Position numbers and translations under genes: made by a program. Below, piece after piece: positions 21,290-44,147 of a stretch of DNA of 64,000 nt. The stretch covers positions 62,001 to 126,000 of the forward strand of contig NIVC01002183.1 of assembly GCA_002269645.1 (NCBI GenBank), in the 5' to 3' direction. Source of the stretch: Macrostomum lignano (lineage: Eukaryota). The notes under the pieces were generated by a model. That model saw only the letters and a list, made by a program, of their open reading frames with translations, ran no database searches and was not told where the DNA came from. Numbering within the stretch: position 1 is the first letter of the stretch; every line of letters begins with the position of its first letter.

Positions 21290-22740
21290 CCAGCTCTCTA
21301 TCCCCCATCTCCCAGCTCTTTATCCCCCATCTCCCAGCTCTCTATCCTCCATTGCCCAGCTCTCTATCCCCCATCTCCCAGCTCTCTACCCCCATCTCCC
21401 AGCTCTTTATCCCCCATCTCCCAGCTCTCTATCCCCCATCTCCCAGCTCTCTATCCCCCATCTCCCAGCTCTTTATCCCCCATCTCCCAGCTCTCTACCC
21501 CCATCTCCCAGCTCTTTATCCCCCATCTCCCAGCTCTCTATCCTCCATTGCCCAGCTCTCTATCCCCCATCTCCCAGCTCTCTATCCCCATCTCCCAGCT
21601 CACTATCCCCCATCTCCCAGCTCTCTACCCCCATCTCCCAGCTCTTTATCCCCCATCTCCCAGCTCTCTATCCTCCATTGCCCAGCTCTCTATCCCCCAT
21701 CTCCCAGCTCTCTATCCCCCATCCCCCAGCTCTCTATCCCCCATCTCCCAGCTCTCTATCCCCATCTCCCAGCTCTCTATCCCCTATCTCCCAGCTCTCT
21801 ACCCCTATCTCCCAGCTCTTTATCCCCCATCTCCCAGCTCTTTACCTCCCTCATCTCCTAGCTCTCTATCCCCCATCTCCCAGCTCTCTACCCCATCTCC
21901 CAGCTCTTTATCCCCCATCTCCCAGCTCTCTACCCCCATCTCCCAGCTCTTTATCCCCCATCTCCCAGCTCTCTATCCTCCATTGCCCAGCTCTCTATCC
22001 CCCATCTCCCAGCTCTCTATCCCCCATCTCCCAGCTCACTATCCCCCATCTCCTAGCTCTCTATCCCCCATCTCCCAGCTCTCTACCCCCATCTCCCAGC
22101 TCTTTATCCCCCATCTCCCAGCTCTCTACCCCCATCTCCCAGCTCTTTATCCCCCATCTCCCAGCTCTCTATCCTCCATTGCCCAGCTCTCTATCCCCCA
22201 TCTCCCAGCTCTCTATCCCCTATCTCCCAGCTCACTATCCCCCATCTCCCAGCTCTCTACCCCCATCTCCCAGCTCTTTATCCCCCATCTCCCAGCTCTC
22301 TATCCTCCATTGCCCAGCTCTCTATCCCCCATCTCCCAGCTCTCTATCCCCCATCCCCCAGCTCTCTATCCCCCATCTCCCAGCTCTCTATCCCCCATCT
22401 CCCAGCTCTCTATCCCCTATCTCCCAGCTCTCTACCCCTATCTCCCAGCTCTTTATCCCCCATCTCCCAGCTCTTTACCTCCCTCATCTCCTAGCTCTCT
22501 ATCCCCCATCTCCCAGCTCTCTACCCCCATCTCCCAGCTCTTTATCCCCCATCTCCGAGCTCTTTATCCCCATCTCCCAGCTCTTTACCTCCCTCATCTC
22601 CCAGCTCTCTACCCCCATCTCCCAGCTCTTTATCCCCCATCTCCCAGCTCTCTATCCTCCATTGCCCAGCTCTCTATCCCCCATCTCCCAGCTCTCTACC
22701 CCCATCTCCCAGCTCTCTATCCCCCATCTCCCAGCCCCTA
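21290..22740. repeat. Pyrimidine-rich ~22-bp minisatellite (CCCAGCTCTCTATCCCCCATCT)
   Basis: About 1.45 kb of diverged tandem units. Confidence 0.95.
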
Positions 22741-24696
22741 TCTGCTAACTCATAAAGCAACACAGTATTTAAATACTGTATCCAACTTTGTGTGTTACCA
22801 ACCTGCCACAGTTGCAGTATAAGAAAGACCCAAATGTTTCTGGCTTGCATATGTGGATAGCTAAGTTCAGGCTTAAGAGAAAGCCAAAGGCAATTATTGA
22901 ATTATCAGCCAAGGCAGAAGTTAATAGGTCTAGTTGGACAAAGCCAAAAATATTTGAGTCTAAAAAGTTGAAAAGTTGAATAGAACACTTTGTCAATTAT
23001 AAAACATTTTATACAAATCTTTGCTATATAGTGTCACAGTATTTTCAATAATTTTCTATTTATTTTTTTCTTTTCAACCTAAACCTAATCTTAAACCAAA
23101 GTTTAAGATTCACTTTTTTGAAGAAATTTTATCAACTAATTGATAGTTATAAATAGGATAGGACATAGAAACCATATATAGGAATTATATATAGATAATA
23201 CATAGGTGGCACACAGATAGTACATAGATTATCCCCTATAAATTTGTTCCAGTGCACACTATGCTACCTAATTGACTATGGGACTAGGGTTGGTATATAC
23301 AAGGTTAGTATTATTGAAAAAGTTATTTATTAGTCTTATCCTTGCTTATAAGTCTAGGGATCTTATTATTTGCTTATTATTTCTTTTGTATTCTTTAAAA
23401 AATTAATTTTAATGCTTTATACCTACAAGAGCCCTATTATAACATTATAGCTAATTACATTTGATTGTATTGTCTATTGGTAAATTGGAATAGGGCTATT
23501 TAGCTTAATAAAAATATCAAATTCTTTTTTCATTCAAATATCCTGTCTACATAAAACATTCCTAAAAAATTTAGAGAAATTTTATGAACCAATAATTTAA
23601 TAATTAAATAATAATAAAATATATAATACTTTTTGCTTTATTGTGAATAGCTAGCAAAATTGCTTGCTTAGCCATTTGAATTTTTAGGAGCAAAATTTAA
23701 AATATAATAAATAGTAAAAAAAATAAATTTGTGCATGAATACAAGATTAAACAATGTCGGTAAGTACAGTAAAACAATCAGGCGATGTTAAAACACAGTT
23801 TATAAACATAATATGACCAGCGAATTTCTTAACTTCGTGGAAAACGCGATCTTAAAATGGTGCGACTAAATGCTGAGTGATTTTAATGCACGAACGAGAC
23901 TTATGACGACCGATGTGTTTTTCGGCTAAGATTTGAATAAGAATAAGAACTGTTCAATGTTCAATCTACTGAACTACACAACTACAAGTTCCATGGGGGT
24001 GAATATCACATGAGTGTGTCTACTTATAATAGCAGTGCTCCAAGATAATCGAGAGTTCCTCTTCCAGGAACTACAGAATCGCAGAGCTAACTTTGTGTCC
24101 TAGGACGCCTTGAGATAAGGAGAAAAATAATGATGGATGATTACAGTTATAAATTTAATAGCATGCGTGATGGATAAAAGTTGGGTTTTCCATCAGTTAG
24201 TGAAAAATATATATAGCAAGCATGCTAGATTCATGAAAAGAACCACTAAGAAGAGTACATGTCGCTATAGAGGTACAGAGGCAGTGCTGGGCGTTAACTA
24301 GTTAATTGTTTAACTAGTTAATTAACTAGTTAAATTTTTTTTTAAAAATCGTTAAATTTTCGTTAAATTTTTTATGTATTAACTAGTTAACAAAAATCGT
24401 TAATTTTTTTCTGTAAGTTAAAGTTAAATGACAAAAGTTAATAATTCCGGGAAATGGAGTTCCCCGGGTTCAAAATCCGCGGGTTTCAACAGCTTGTATG
24501 CCATTAAAAAGTAAAATTAATACATACATAAAATAACTTCGCCTTTCTAAGCATTATTTAACGCGTCACAAACTATTACATGTATATAATTTCAGTTACA
24601 AGTTATAATGTATTGAATATTCCGGAAGATTCTGGAATCTTCAACTATTATCTATTGATATTCTACCCAAGGACTACTAGAAGTTATCGTTGTACA

Positions 24697-25770
24697 TAGG
24701 GATGTCGATTCCCCGGGGAATTTTCTTATCGGGGACCCGAGTAATTTACTGTCATTCCCCGGGGACCCCGGGGACTCCGGGGAAAAAATAAGTAAAAAAC
24801 GGCGGATAACTTAGATCTTAAGTCACTAAGTGGCATTTCTTAAACTTTGATTAAAGCTTTGGATGGACTACATGTTCAAGGCGCAAGGGTAAAAACTTAA
24901 GGCAATGTTTGTTTAAAACTGTATTTGACAACGTGGCATCACCAAATCGTGCGCGCACCTTTATCAGAAAGGGTCCAGACTCCGGAGGCGGAAAATGCAT
25001 ACTCAGCAGCTGCACTCGAGGGAGGATAATTAATGAATGAGACTGTTTTTATAATCGGAATTTTAATTTCTTGCAGATACATATAAATCACAATTTTGTC
25101 CTGTCTAATAGGGAGTATTTTGTTATTGTATGACACCCCCTATGCGTCAGTGACTGACGCAGGATATAGCGCTGTGCCTGCGTCAAATGCGTCAAGCCGT
25201 CAACGCAGACCAACACAATAGTCAGTAAGGCTTCTTTTTCCTGACGGCTTTCTACGCTCGTACGTTCAATTTGCTTGATTGAAAGACTCATAGTGAAAAA
25301 AACATTCAAACGGGTCGCTTTTACAAGACCGAAATTTCACAACACCGAAAAGCACTACCCTTCACAAGACCGAAACTTCATAAGACCGAAATTTCACAAC
25401 GCCGAAAATTCTGCATGCAATACAATCCTTATTGTAAGGTTTTCTACGATGTGAAATTTCGATCTTATGAAGTTTCGGTCTTGTGAAGTATGGTGTTTCG
25501 GCGTTGTGAAATTTCGGTCTTATGAACCCCCCCCCCCATTCAAACGTGTGTTGTGTTTGAAATAATACATTGAAATAAGCAGTTTTGCGGTAAAAAAAGC
25601 ATAGACAGAGTTTCAATCAGCTTTCTGTGAATGATTTTCTTATTTAAATGGCAAAAATTTAGTTAAAAATGATTTTTTTCTCCCCGGGGTCCCCGGTCTA
25701 ATTCCCCGGGGAGTATTCCCCGACAAGCTCCCCGGGGCCCCGGGGAGCCCTCCCGGGGTCGACATCCCTA
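24697..25770 (-). mobile_element. Nested deleted hAT element with transposase C-terminal remnant
   Basis: Ends TAGGGATGTCGA / TCGACATCCCTA. Flanks GTTGTACA / GTTGTATA (7/8 TSD). The minus-strand PPSSAAAEYAFSASG at ~24980-25030 resembles the hAT dimerisation motif (SS..ER.FS..G). Confidence 0.8.
25311..25538. mobile_element. Foldback/MITE-like element nested in the inner hAT
   Basis: Repeated AAGACCGAAATTTCAC units on the left are mirrored by GTGAAATTTCGGTCTT on the right. Confidence 0.55.
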
Positions 25771-27713
25771 GTTGTATACATGTAGTTGTAATTCTGCCTT
25801 CCCTGCTGCGCTGCTCCGCGTCGCGCTGCATAGATATTTCCTTGTCGCGTTGCACCATTCTGCGCCATGTCGCGCCGCCGCGCGACTTCCCGCGCCGCCG
25901 AACGACCTCCTGCGCTGCGTCGCGCCACCGCGGCGCGCCGCGCCGCACCGCGACCTGGCCACAGCCGCGCCGCGCCGACCTGAAATTTAAAAAACGCGCC
26001 GGACGCATGTCCGGGAAAATGTCACTTTTTCCGTTAGAGAATTATTAACTTTAACTTTTAACTTTTCAGAAGTTAAATTTTGGGCAAAAGTTAAATAATT
26101 AACTAGTTACAGTTAATTTTTTTGGAGCAATTAAATTAACTTTTTAACTTTTAACGAGTTAAAAAAATTGATTAACTTGCCCAGCACTGTACAGAGGGCG
26201 CCACACTCGTCGCGCTGGCCTAAATAGGACTGCTCAGTTGCAAAAAAGCGTCTCTCAAAAGCTCAATAATTTATTCCTGGACGAGGTGATCGAGAGCAAA
26301 AGAGCAAAAGACAATCAAACAGAAGGGTATGAGGTTACATATAGTACATTAATTAATTGCTAATCTTGAAAACTCTAAATACATGTACGTGCCATTGTAC
26401 TCACTGAGTTATAAGTCTGCCATGTAATGTCTGCATAGATTTAGCTCAAAACTTTACATCATTTTGAAGAGAACAAATTTTCGAACAACCTGGCGAAAAA
26501 ATTAAGCATTTTAATCACGGTTCAGTATATATAGTGTATGCGAACTGTAGGCAAGCCATACGAGAATCATGCCCCGAATAGCTGGCAGGTAACAATTATC
26601 TAACTGCGCTGCATAACATAGAAAAATTGCATCATCATGACCTTTGATCACGCGACCGCCGATATACATGTAGAATTAAACCCGTATATTGTCAAGAAGG
26701 TTAGCTGCTTTCACGTGTATCTATGCGTCTATCTGTTTTGCGATCCAATCTTAACTTTAATTGTACGTAACTTTCATATACAGCAGTACGTCGGATTTCT
26801 ATGGATAGCTATTAGATGTAGATGTGGGCTTTGGTGTAAACTGCGATTATGTGCATTTCCGCCTGCAGTGTCTTCAAAGATGTATACATGTAGCACGTAT
26901 ATTTGACGCTAAGAATTAGGAAGTAAGTAAATATAAATTTTCTTCCATTAAGAATAAAACTGTTATCCGCAATAGCTATTAAATCGATCTGGATTAAATT
27001 GGGTCCGACATGAACTTTCTAGTTTTGAGAGCTTTATTAGGTAAGTTCGAGCCGCGTTCCGGAATTTTGTGCATGATTTTTAAAAGGGCCTGTCAACTTA
27101 ATTAAGCTCATAAAGTGGACCTAAAGTAACCTATGTACACAAATGATACGTCATTTTGGTCACAGTGACACCAGGAAGCTGGATTTGGCAAAAAAGTGAC
27201 AAAAACTGGACCTGGGATAGGAGAGAGCAAGCAAAGATGAAAATTTGGGACTTTTATGTAAACTTAAGCTCATAAGGTGGAGTCTGAATTGAATTGTCAG
27301 GTGCTATCGTGTCGATCAATCTCATATACCTACATGTGGCTGAGCTTGACAAAATTGATGCTTTTTTGACCCATGGACAAATAAAACCATGGATTGCTCG
27401 AATGCTGTCTTAAATTTGGGGGTGCACAATTTCACTCCGCGAAGCCTCCGTACGCATATCGCTTGGCTACTGCACATTCCTTAGTTGTCTATGGCAAAAA
27501 CGCTGCAAGCTTTGTTTTTCGACATGCTTTGCACCTGGACAGCTATATGCCTTTGTATGCATGCCTTCTCGATACTGTTTTCTTTTACTGTCATCGTATG
27601 AGCTAAATTCTATGAATGCGTCGCTAAATTTCACAAACCCACAATCCACCGCTTTCAACAGCGACTGCAGCAAGCCTATTGCTGCTGCCACGTCTGGAAG
27701 GATGCAGTCTCAG

Positions 27714-36999
<9,286 letters not shown>

Positions 37000-37051
37000 G
37001 TGAGCTGCTGCTGTCTCGTAGAAGTCGGCAAACTCTTACCCGCGGAACACA

Positions 37052-37385
37052 TGCGGGCCGCAAAGCCTCTCTATCTGGCCCTCGGGTCCTTTGAAACTTC
37101 ACAATAGCAATCCGGCCCGCTCAATGTTTGTGTCTCTTCTCAGCTTTCTTCTCTCACTTTTCTCTTCTTTTCTCCTCTCCTCTCCTCTCCTCTCCTCTCC
37201 TCTCCTCTCCTCTCCTCTCCTCTCCTCTCCTCTCCTCTCCTCTCCTCTCCTCTCCTCTCCTCTCCTCTCCTCTCCTCTCCTCTCCTCTCCTCTCCTCTCC
37301 TCTCCTCTCCTCTCCTTTCTCTCATATTTCTCTTTTCTATTCCCTCGCCTTTTTCCCCTCCTCTGGGCCGCAGTCGTTCGCTGGG
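37052..37385 (+). repeat. Dispersed repeat with internal (TCTCC)n; related copy at ~360-570
   Basis: GGTCCTTTGAAACTTCAC..GCAAT..GGCCCGCTCAATGTTTGTGTCTCTTCTCAGC is shared between ~395-455 and ~37084-37145. Confidence 0.75.
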
Positions 37386-38443
37386 TTCTCTATAATCTTT
37401 TTATAGTTATTTTTACGTCTGCACTGATTCAACGGAGAAATCTCTCATTAAGTTCTGCTAATCTGCTTTTATCTTCGCGGACTAACCTTAGATTCCTATC
37501 ACTCAGTCTTTTTACTGGCTTGTGACTGTCATCTCAATGCTGCCAATTGCTGCAGAGTAGCACTTATGTGATGCGCTTCATCCTGATTCCAGGCCTCGAT
37601 CTTGTCCGGATTTGGTGCTTCATCATATTGGCATCTGTAATTGGCTGCAGTGTGATTGTGCTGCTGATGCGCTGCCACAATCGATATGCTGCACATTAAA
37701 CCGTGTAAAAGTCTCGGAAACAATTTGAAAAAGACATGGAGTTTAGTTCTACTGATATTGTCTGAAGGTGCAATTAAAGCTAGTAGTAGGTAATTTTATC
37801 CAATACTAATTGCTAGGTTTGCAAAGGAGAATTCATTAAAGCTGCAATTAGCGACATTTTAATACTCATATTTTGAAAAAAAGTAGTTAATATTTCACAA
37901 TACTATTTTTGGCGCAAATAATTTCACTTTCTTTGAATTTCAATACATTTCATTGAACCATACTAATATTGCTGCATGCAGTTATGAACAAGCATATATA
38001 TTTTACATTATATTAAATACATTATTGTGTGTTTTAAACATAAATTCTCTTGAAATTTAAAACAAATTTTAATCTACACGTTCACATTATGAGGTTGTGC
38101 GTTCAAGTATATTATATTCAATTAGTTTTATTTATTAGATTATTGTTATCGATTACCATTTATTTAAACTAAGTATAAGAACCACTTGGAGAAGAAGGAC
38201 GGGAGTTTGACTTGGGAAAAGCAGTTATATTACGAGTCAGTATTTTAATGGGGGAAATTTATTTGTTAACTCCAAAGTTCGCAACGTAATTTTCGGCAAA
38301 AACCTGCCTGAACTTCTTTAAGAAACGCGTGGTTTCGCTTCCTTTTACTTCAAGTTGGTCGTCATGACTAGTAAAAAATATATGTGCCATATTCATGTTC
38401 ATGTAGTGTTATTTTTACTTGTTGCGGACATGTGGTACATGTA

Positions 38444-39349
38444 GGTTGCTTTGACACAAGTTTGGTGTTGTTTGAAAACGGAAAGTCTATTCTTTAAAAT
38501 GACTTCAACTGCAATCAATTTGGATCTATATTTCAAGAGATATTTGCATTTAATTAGATTAGAGGGAGATCGGTCGAGTCATGAACTCGCAGAAGCTCAA
38601 ATAGGCCTATCTGCTAAAATTAACAGTTTGCTCAGATGACAATCGATACTTTTGTATGCATGAGTTGTTTCATGGTCAAAATTGCGACATACAGTGAAAA
38701 GCTTTTTGCCGAAACATTTATCACTGTTGCTCAATTTTCATCCGTCAATCGTCAACTGGGCGTGTGTTCAAAGACTGGGCAGCGACATGCCATCTTTTTG
38801 GAGCTCCGGGTTTTAAGGCAGCTGATATTCACAGGCAACTTTGCACTGCTCTTGGTGACCATTCCGTCAGCAAGATGACAGTGAAGAAGTGGGTGAACGA
38901 GTTCAAGGATGGAAGAACTGACGTGAGCGACATGCCAAGGTCCGGACGCCCTGAGATCCAAGCCAGCAGCAGCCTGATCGCATTCTCGACTTGATCAATA
39001 AAGAGTGGACTGCCGCCAAAGCAAAGCAATGGCTGATCGACTATGGATTGCCCGGAGTTCATAGTTTACAAGTATCTGCAGAAGATGGATTATTTCAAGC
39101 TGAGTGCCCGTTGGGTTCCCCGATTGCTCACTGGGGACATGAAACTGGATCGTTTGTCCATGCAGACAGCTGGTGGTGTCCATAGCTTCGATCTGTAGTC
39201 TACGACCTCCCTCTAATTAATGCACATATATTTCTTGAAATATAAATCCAAATCTTTAAGTCATTTTTTAGTTTAACTTTAAGTTTAAGACATTTTAAAG
39301 AAGAGACTTGCGGCTTTCAAACGACACCAAACTTGTGTTAAATGCAACT
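38444..39349 (+). mobile_element. Mariner-derived deleted element with long imperfect TIRs
   Basis: TA flanks. The first ~150 bp are inversely repeated at the right end. Remnants KAADIHRQL..VSKMTVKKWVNEFKDGRTDVSDMPRSGRP and FKLSARWVPRLL (mariner HTH and WVPHEL-like linker). Confidence 0.8.
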
Positions 39350-39695
39350 TAATCTACCAATGCCCGAAACAAGTACAAGTAACACTATATCTTCTGGACA
39401 CCCCTCGTATAATAATATAATTATGCACAATTGTGTGCCAGTGAGACTGCAGCTGGTTTTTTGGAGCCAAGAGTACATTGCATTTATACATGTACATGTA
39501 CATATAGTTCAATTCATCAGCCACGCATTGGAGCCGGATGAACGGACTGGACAGTCATGAATTATCAGACTTGTACATCTAGACTGCATGGTAGACTAAG
39601 TAAGTAGACTTAAGTCATATATTTGGTAGCACACCTACCTACGCTTGCATTCATAATTTACATAATGCGTTTTAAGATTAAATTTCTCCTGCATG

Positions 39696-40056
39696 CAGGG
39701 GCGTCGCCATGGATTTTATGGTGGGGAGAGACAATTAGCCAATAATTATACATGTACATGTACATGACGAAATTCTTACATGTACATTATTTTCAGAATC
39801 GGTGTTGTCAGCACTCATTTTAGCGCCGCGGGCACTCATTTTAGCGCCGCAAGCACTCATTTTGGCGCCGCAGGCACTCATTTTAGCGCCGCAGGCACTA
39901 TACATGTTCTATCCGCCCTGCAGCGAAAATTATTGATTTCCATAACGGGTCACAAGGTGGGGTGGGGGACAAAGCATTGGCATTATATCCCCCCAGATCT
40001 TTTACTGAGAGGGGACATGTCCCCCTGTCCCCCCCGTTGGCGACGCCCCTTATCAG
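39696..40056. mobile_element. hAT-type MITE
   Basis: CAGGGGCGTCGCCA ... TGGCGACGCCCCT ends; 8-bp direct repeat CCTGCATG at 39688-39695 and 40057-40064. Confidence 0.7.
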
Positions 40057-43000
40057 CCTGCATGTACAATTGGCTCAAAGTTAAATTGCTAAGAAACTAG
40101 AGAGTAAAATTGTATAGAAGGTATACCACGTTATGAAACAAAAGATGGTGCCTGGATTTCAGGTTGAAAATTAAAAGAACATGGGTCCATGTCAACAGCT
40201 TATAACACAATATTCGTGTGGTTTATTCTAGTTTGTAGCCACCCGTGTCAAAATGTAAGGCCGAAAAATACTCGTTTACGCAGGGTGTTGTAGCAGGAAA
40301 TGGAATTAGCGTATCTTGTAAAACGGAGAAGCAAAAGCTAATGATTTTTAGTAGTTTGAGTAGTAGCTAATGGAAAACATGCCTAGTGATTAAGCTTTGT
40401 TAAAGCGCAAACATCTATCTAAGAAGGATTGGCACAAAGTTAAATTGCTTTATTTGTAATTTTTTGATCGTGCAATACCACAAAATCAAGCTGTTTAATT
40501 CTTTCTTTCTGCAGTCGATCGCTACGTGCCAACTAATATTGCAAGTTAAAAAATTATCAAAGCTTTTAGTTTTTTATAATCATTTCAAACTTTTCAAACT
40601 TTGGCTCATAGTTTATGGTTTTATTTAAAATAAATTCATGGACCTGGTTCAGTAATCAGTATCACTGGTTCCGGTTTAGTTGTAGTATGTAATAAAATAA
40701 ATGTTATGCTATATTTTATAATAATATCAATAATGTAATGTTATGCCTATTATAGTAGACTTATGTTTATATAAAAAATTATAGAATCTTACTTTTCCAA
40801 TGTAGGATAGGCCTATCTTAGACTTAGATTAGAAATTATAATATTTTAAAGAACTACAGTAGTCCTAGTCAATCCAATATACTAAAAATTCTTATTAGCT
40901 ATTAATAGGCCTAGTTAGTAGCTAAGCTAAGTAGATACCACAAATATCTCAGTCATAGATCAAGATCAAGTTTGAGTAGTAGAACCTTACAAGTTACAAT
41001 TCTATTCTGTTTTGATATAATAGAATAACTATAGTAACCCCACACTCTAGATCATGTAGTATATGTAATATGCCCAAAAATTTGGGCGTGCATTGGCCTT
41101 GGGCGCCAAAAGTAGGTGTGCACAGTTGTCATGCATCACTTCTAAGAAAATACACCTGGTATGCACTTTATAGAATAATGCAGAAGAGTTATTATAGGCC
41201 TAAAGTAGAAAAAAGTTCATTTTTAAGTGTAAATTTCCTACTTTCCAGGTTTTTAAGCTTGTAATAAGGCATTTAAACAAATTTTTGCACATATCAATTT
41301 TTTAATATAAACAATATTGCCTAAAAAGCAGAAAAATTAACCAAATTATCTGTCAAAAGGGTCTATTATGCAATGAAAAAAGGTCATTAATTCTCACAAC
41401 ATAAAAAGGTCATTTATTGTTGTAATACCAGCAGAGTTTTCAGAATGGGCATGCACTCATTTTTAGGCATGCATTTGTACCTATCAATTTTTGTTTGGGT
41501 GTGCACCTAGCATGATCCAGACTATAGTAGTAACCTATAGTAATAAGTCTATTTATAGCAAATAAATTCTTTTTCTAGGTGTACTATAATATTAAGGCCT
41601 ATAGAATTCAAAGTAGGCCTAAAGGCCTAGTAATTATTAATATTATAAGCTGACCTTTTTGTTACATCTAAAATCTTTAATGGTAAGCCATAGCCTCTAA
41701 TTTATATTATATTTATAACTAACTTATAAAATGTCACATTTTGCCTCAAAAATTATTATTAAAATAACAAAAAATATAAATTATATAATAGGTAAAGTGG
41801 GGTCAGAAAAAGTTAATAAGCTTAATTTGAAGTTGGTTAGTCTTGCTAACTCCAATGAGGTGGAGGCAGATTCTGCATTTGAATTCTTGCTAGCATTGCA
41901 TTTGCACAAATAAATCCTAAATCCAAAGATGTCGCGCAGACAAATCACAACAAAATTCTTTCTCCTGTTTTAATCTGACTGCCGGGGTCCTCAAAGTCCT
42001 TCAAAGTATTGTAGCAAAATGGTCATATAGCAGCGCAGTGATTCAAATTAATGCGTCAATTTGCTGAGCTTGTTACTCTTAGTATGGTAGGGCTGCCACC
42101 ACTGTAATTTACGTATTACAAAACAAATAAGTCTTAGAACTTTCTTTAGTTGAGAACTTTGATTGTTTTATGCCCCATGGGCAAAGAACTCAAGATATGC
42201 TATGGCTTAGGGATCAACAAATAAATAGAATGTAGCTTATTATTTATTATTTATTTTCAGTTATTAATTATTAGTAGGCAGGTTAAAATAGTTAGTTAGT
42301 CAATCGAGATAAATTTGTGGCAGCACCAGGGTGCTAAATTATAAAAGTAGTTCACTAATTTATAAACTTATTAAGCTTTGTTATCAGGCAAAGCAAGATA
42401 GATAGTGAGAGTAAATAAATGTGTGTAAGAATCAGCAAGTTAAATGGAGCAGAGGATAAAAGAAAAGGGCAAGGAAGGTAACAGAATTAGCACATGAAAA
42501 CAGGCGATTAAATAGGGGCAGCGAGCAATTCCGCGGGTAGGAGCAACTGCTGGATGCAACGGTGGGCACCTATGGGAATAGCATGGACAAAAGAAAAAAA
42601 ACTGGGAGCATTAGTGCAACTTAACAAAGTTCCACAAAAAGGATAATAACAGCCTTAATAACTGCGCAACCTTGGGATTCACCCGGCCATTTCTATTGGC
42701 AAAACATACATGTAAGTTGCTATTGGTTGAGAGCAGTCACGTGACTAGGCCTACTATTCCGTCCAATAGCGACTTACATGTGTGTGTTGCCAATAGAAAT
42801 GGCTGGGTGAATCCCTAGGTTGCGCCCAAGCATGGGTGGAACAATGCCTAGACAAGCAGAAGCAAACCACACTAGGGTTGACATCAGCGGACAGTGCACG
42901 GGAAACTTATTTGCAAAAATTATATCTCTAAAATAAAAAAAAACAAATCTTGCAGCTGCTGTCTTGCAACTCTGTGCTTGATCAGCTCTACTTGTGGCTT

Positions 43001-44147
43001 TCTTCTGAGTGAGCATAGAAGCACTATGCGGTGTGTATTTCTATGGCCAAGGGTATGCAAACAAATGCATGCTGCTTACAGCAGGAAGCAATTATAAAAA
43101 TTGGACTTTCATGGCATGAAAGCTAAAATAAGCCACTAACTTTTAGGGCATATGATTTTTTAACATACATTAATATTTGTGGAAGCAAGCAAAAGTGACA
43201 CTATTTCTGGGACACCCCTTGTAGATTTATAGTAAATAGAAAAATAAACATCAGCAAAAACATATATAATTTTTCTTTTTAGCCAGCACATTTTGCAAGC
43301 ATAAGATATCATCAGGCCCAATTCAATTCAGCTTAATTCAATACACCATTAAGGTGAATTAAGAAAAATTAAGGTAAATTGAATTTGCCCTGACAATGTC
43401 TTATATTTGACAAAATTCATTAAATAAAAAGAAAAATTGTATTATATGTTGTTGTTTACATTTATTTTTCATACTATTTGTTAGGCAAGCTATATTTCCA
43501 CAGTTTACAGTAAACTTCCACAAGAGGACAATGTCTAGAGCAATCTGAATCAACCTCAGTATCAAGAAAAGTGAGACTCTTCTTTATGCTTTCAATGGTG
43601 AGTTTGATGTTTAGGTAAGTGGAGTTAATACTGATAATAACTTTTTGTCAAAAATAGCAAATGTATCATCAACATAATGCTTATAAAACTGTGGGGCATT
43701 GAGGAGTTTTATCTATTCATTCTCCTAATGACTCAGGTACTGATTAGCAAGTATAAGGGCAAGAGGATATCCCATAGCAACACCATCAATCTGGAAGTAG
43801 TATTGGTTTTCAAACATTAAAATGCACAACCAAGAATGACAGATAATGTATGTCTGAAATTTAACAAGTTTTTGTATTGGAGTCATTGTAAAATATAAAA
43901 TCTTTTTATTTATTCAATATGACAAACTTATAAATTTATGATAATAATTTAAGTATTTCTTTGGCCTATAGTTAATACATGAAAAATGTTCCTCAAAGTG
44001 CCAGCCAGATTAGGTGCTCATTTCAAAGTTCAAGTCATCATATAAATTAAATTAGTAATCTCAACAAATATAATGTAATGCATGAATATTTAAATTTTAT
44101 GTTTGTAATTTTATATCATAAATACTATTTCTGCAACAAGCTGAGCC

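Larger units (their letters stand above)
24282..26189. mobile_element. Non-autonomous hAT-type element (outer)
   Basis: Ends CAGTGCTGGGC / GCCCAGCACTG. Perfect 8-bp TSD TACAGAGG at 24274-24281 and 26190-26197. Subterminal GTTAA-rich repeats on both sides. Confidence 0.85.

Noticed and set aside
21250-22822. 203-424-aa Pro/Ser/Leu ORFs
   Set aside because: Stop-free frames of a pyrimidine-rich minisatellite; no domain.
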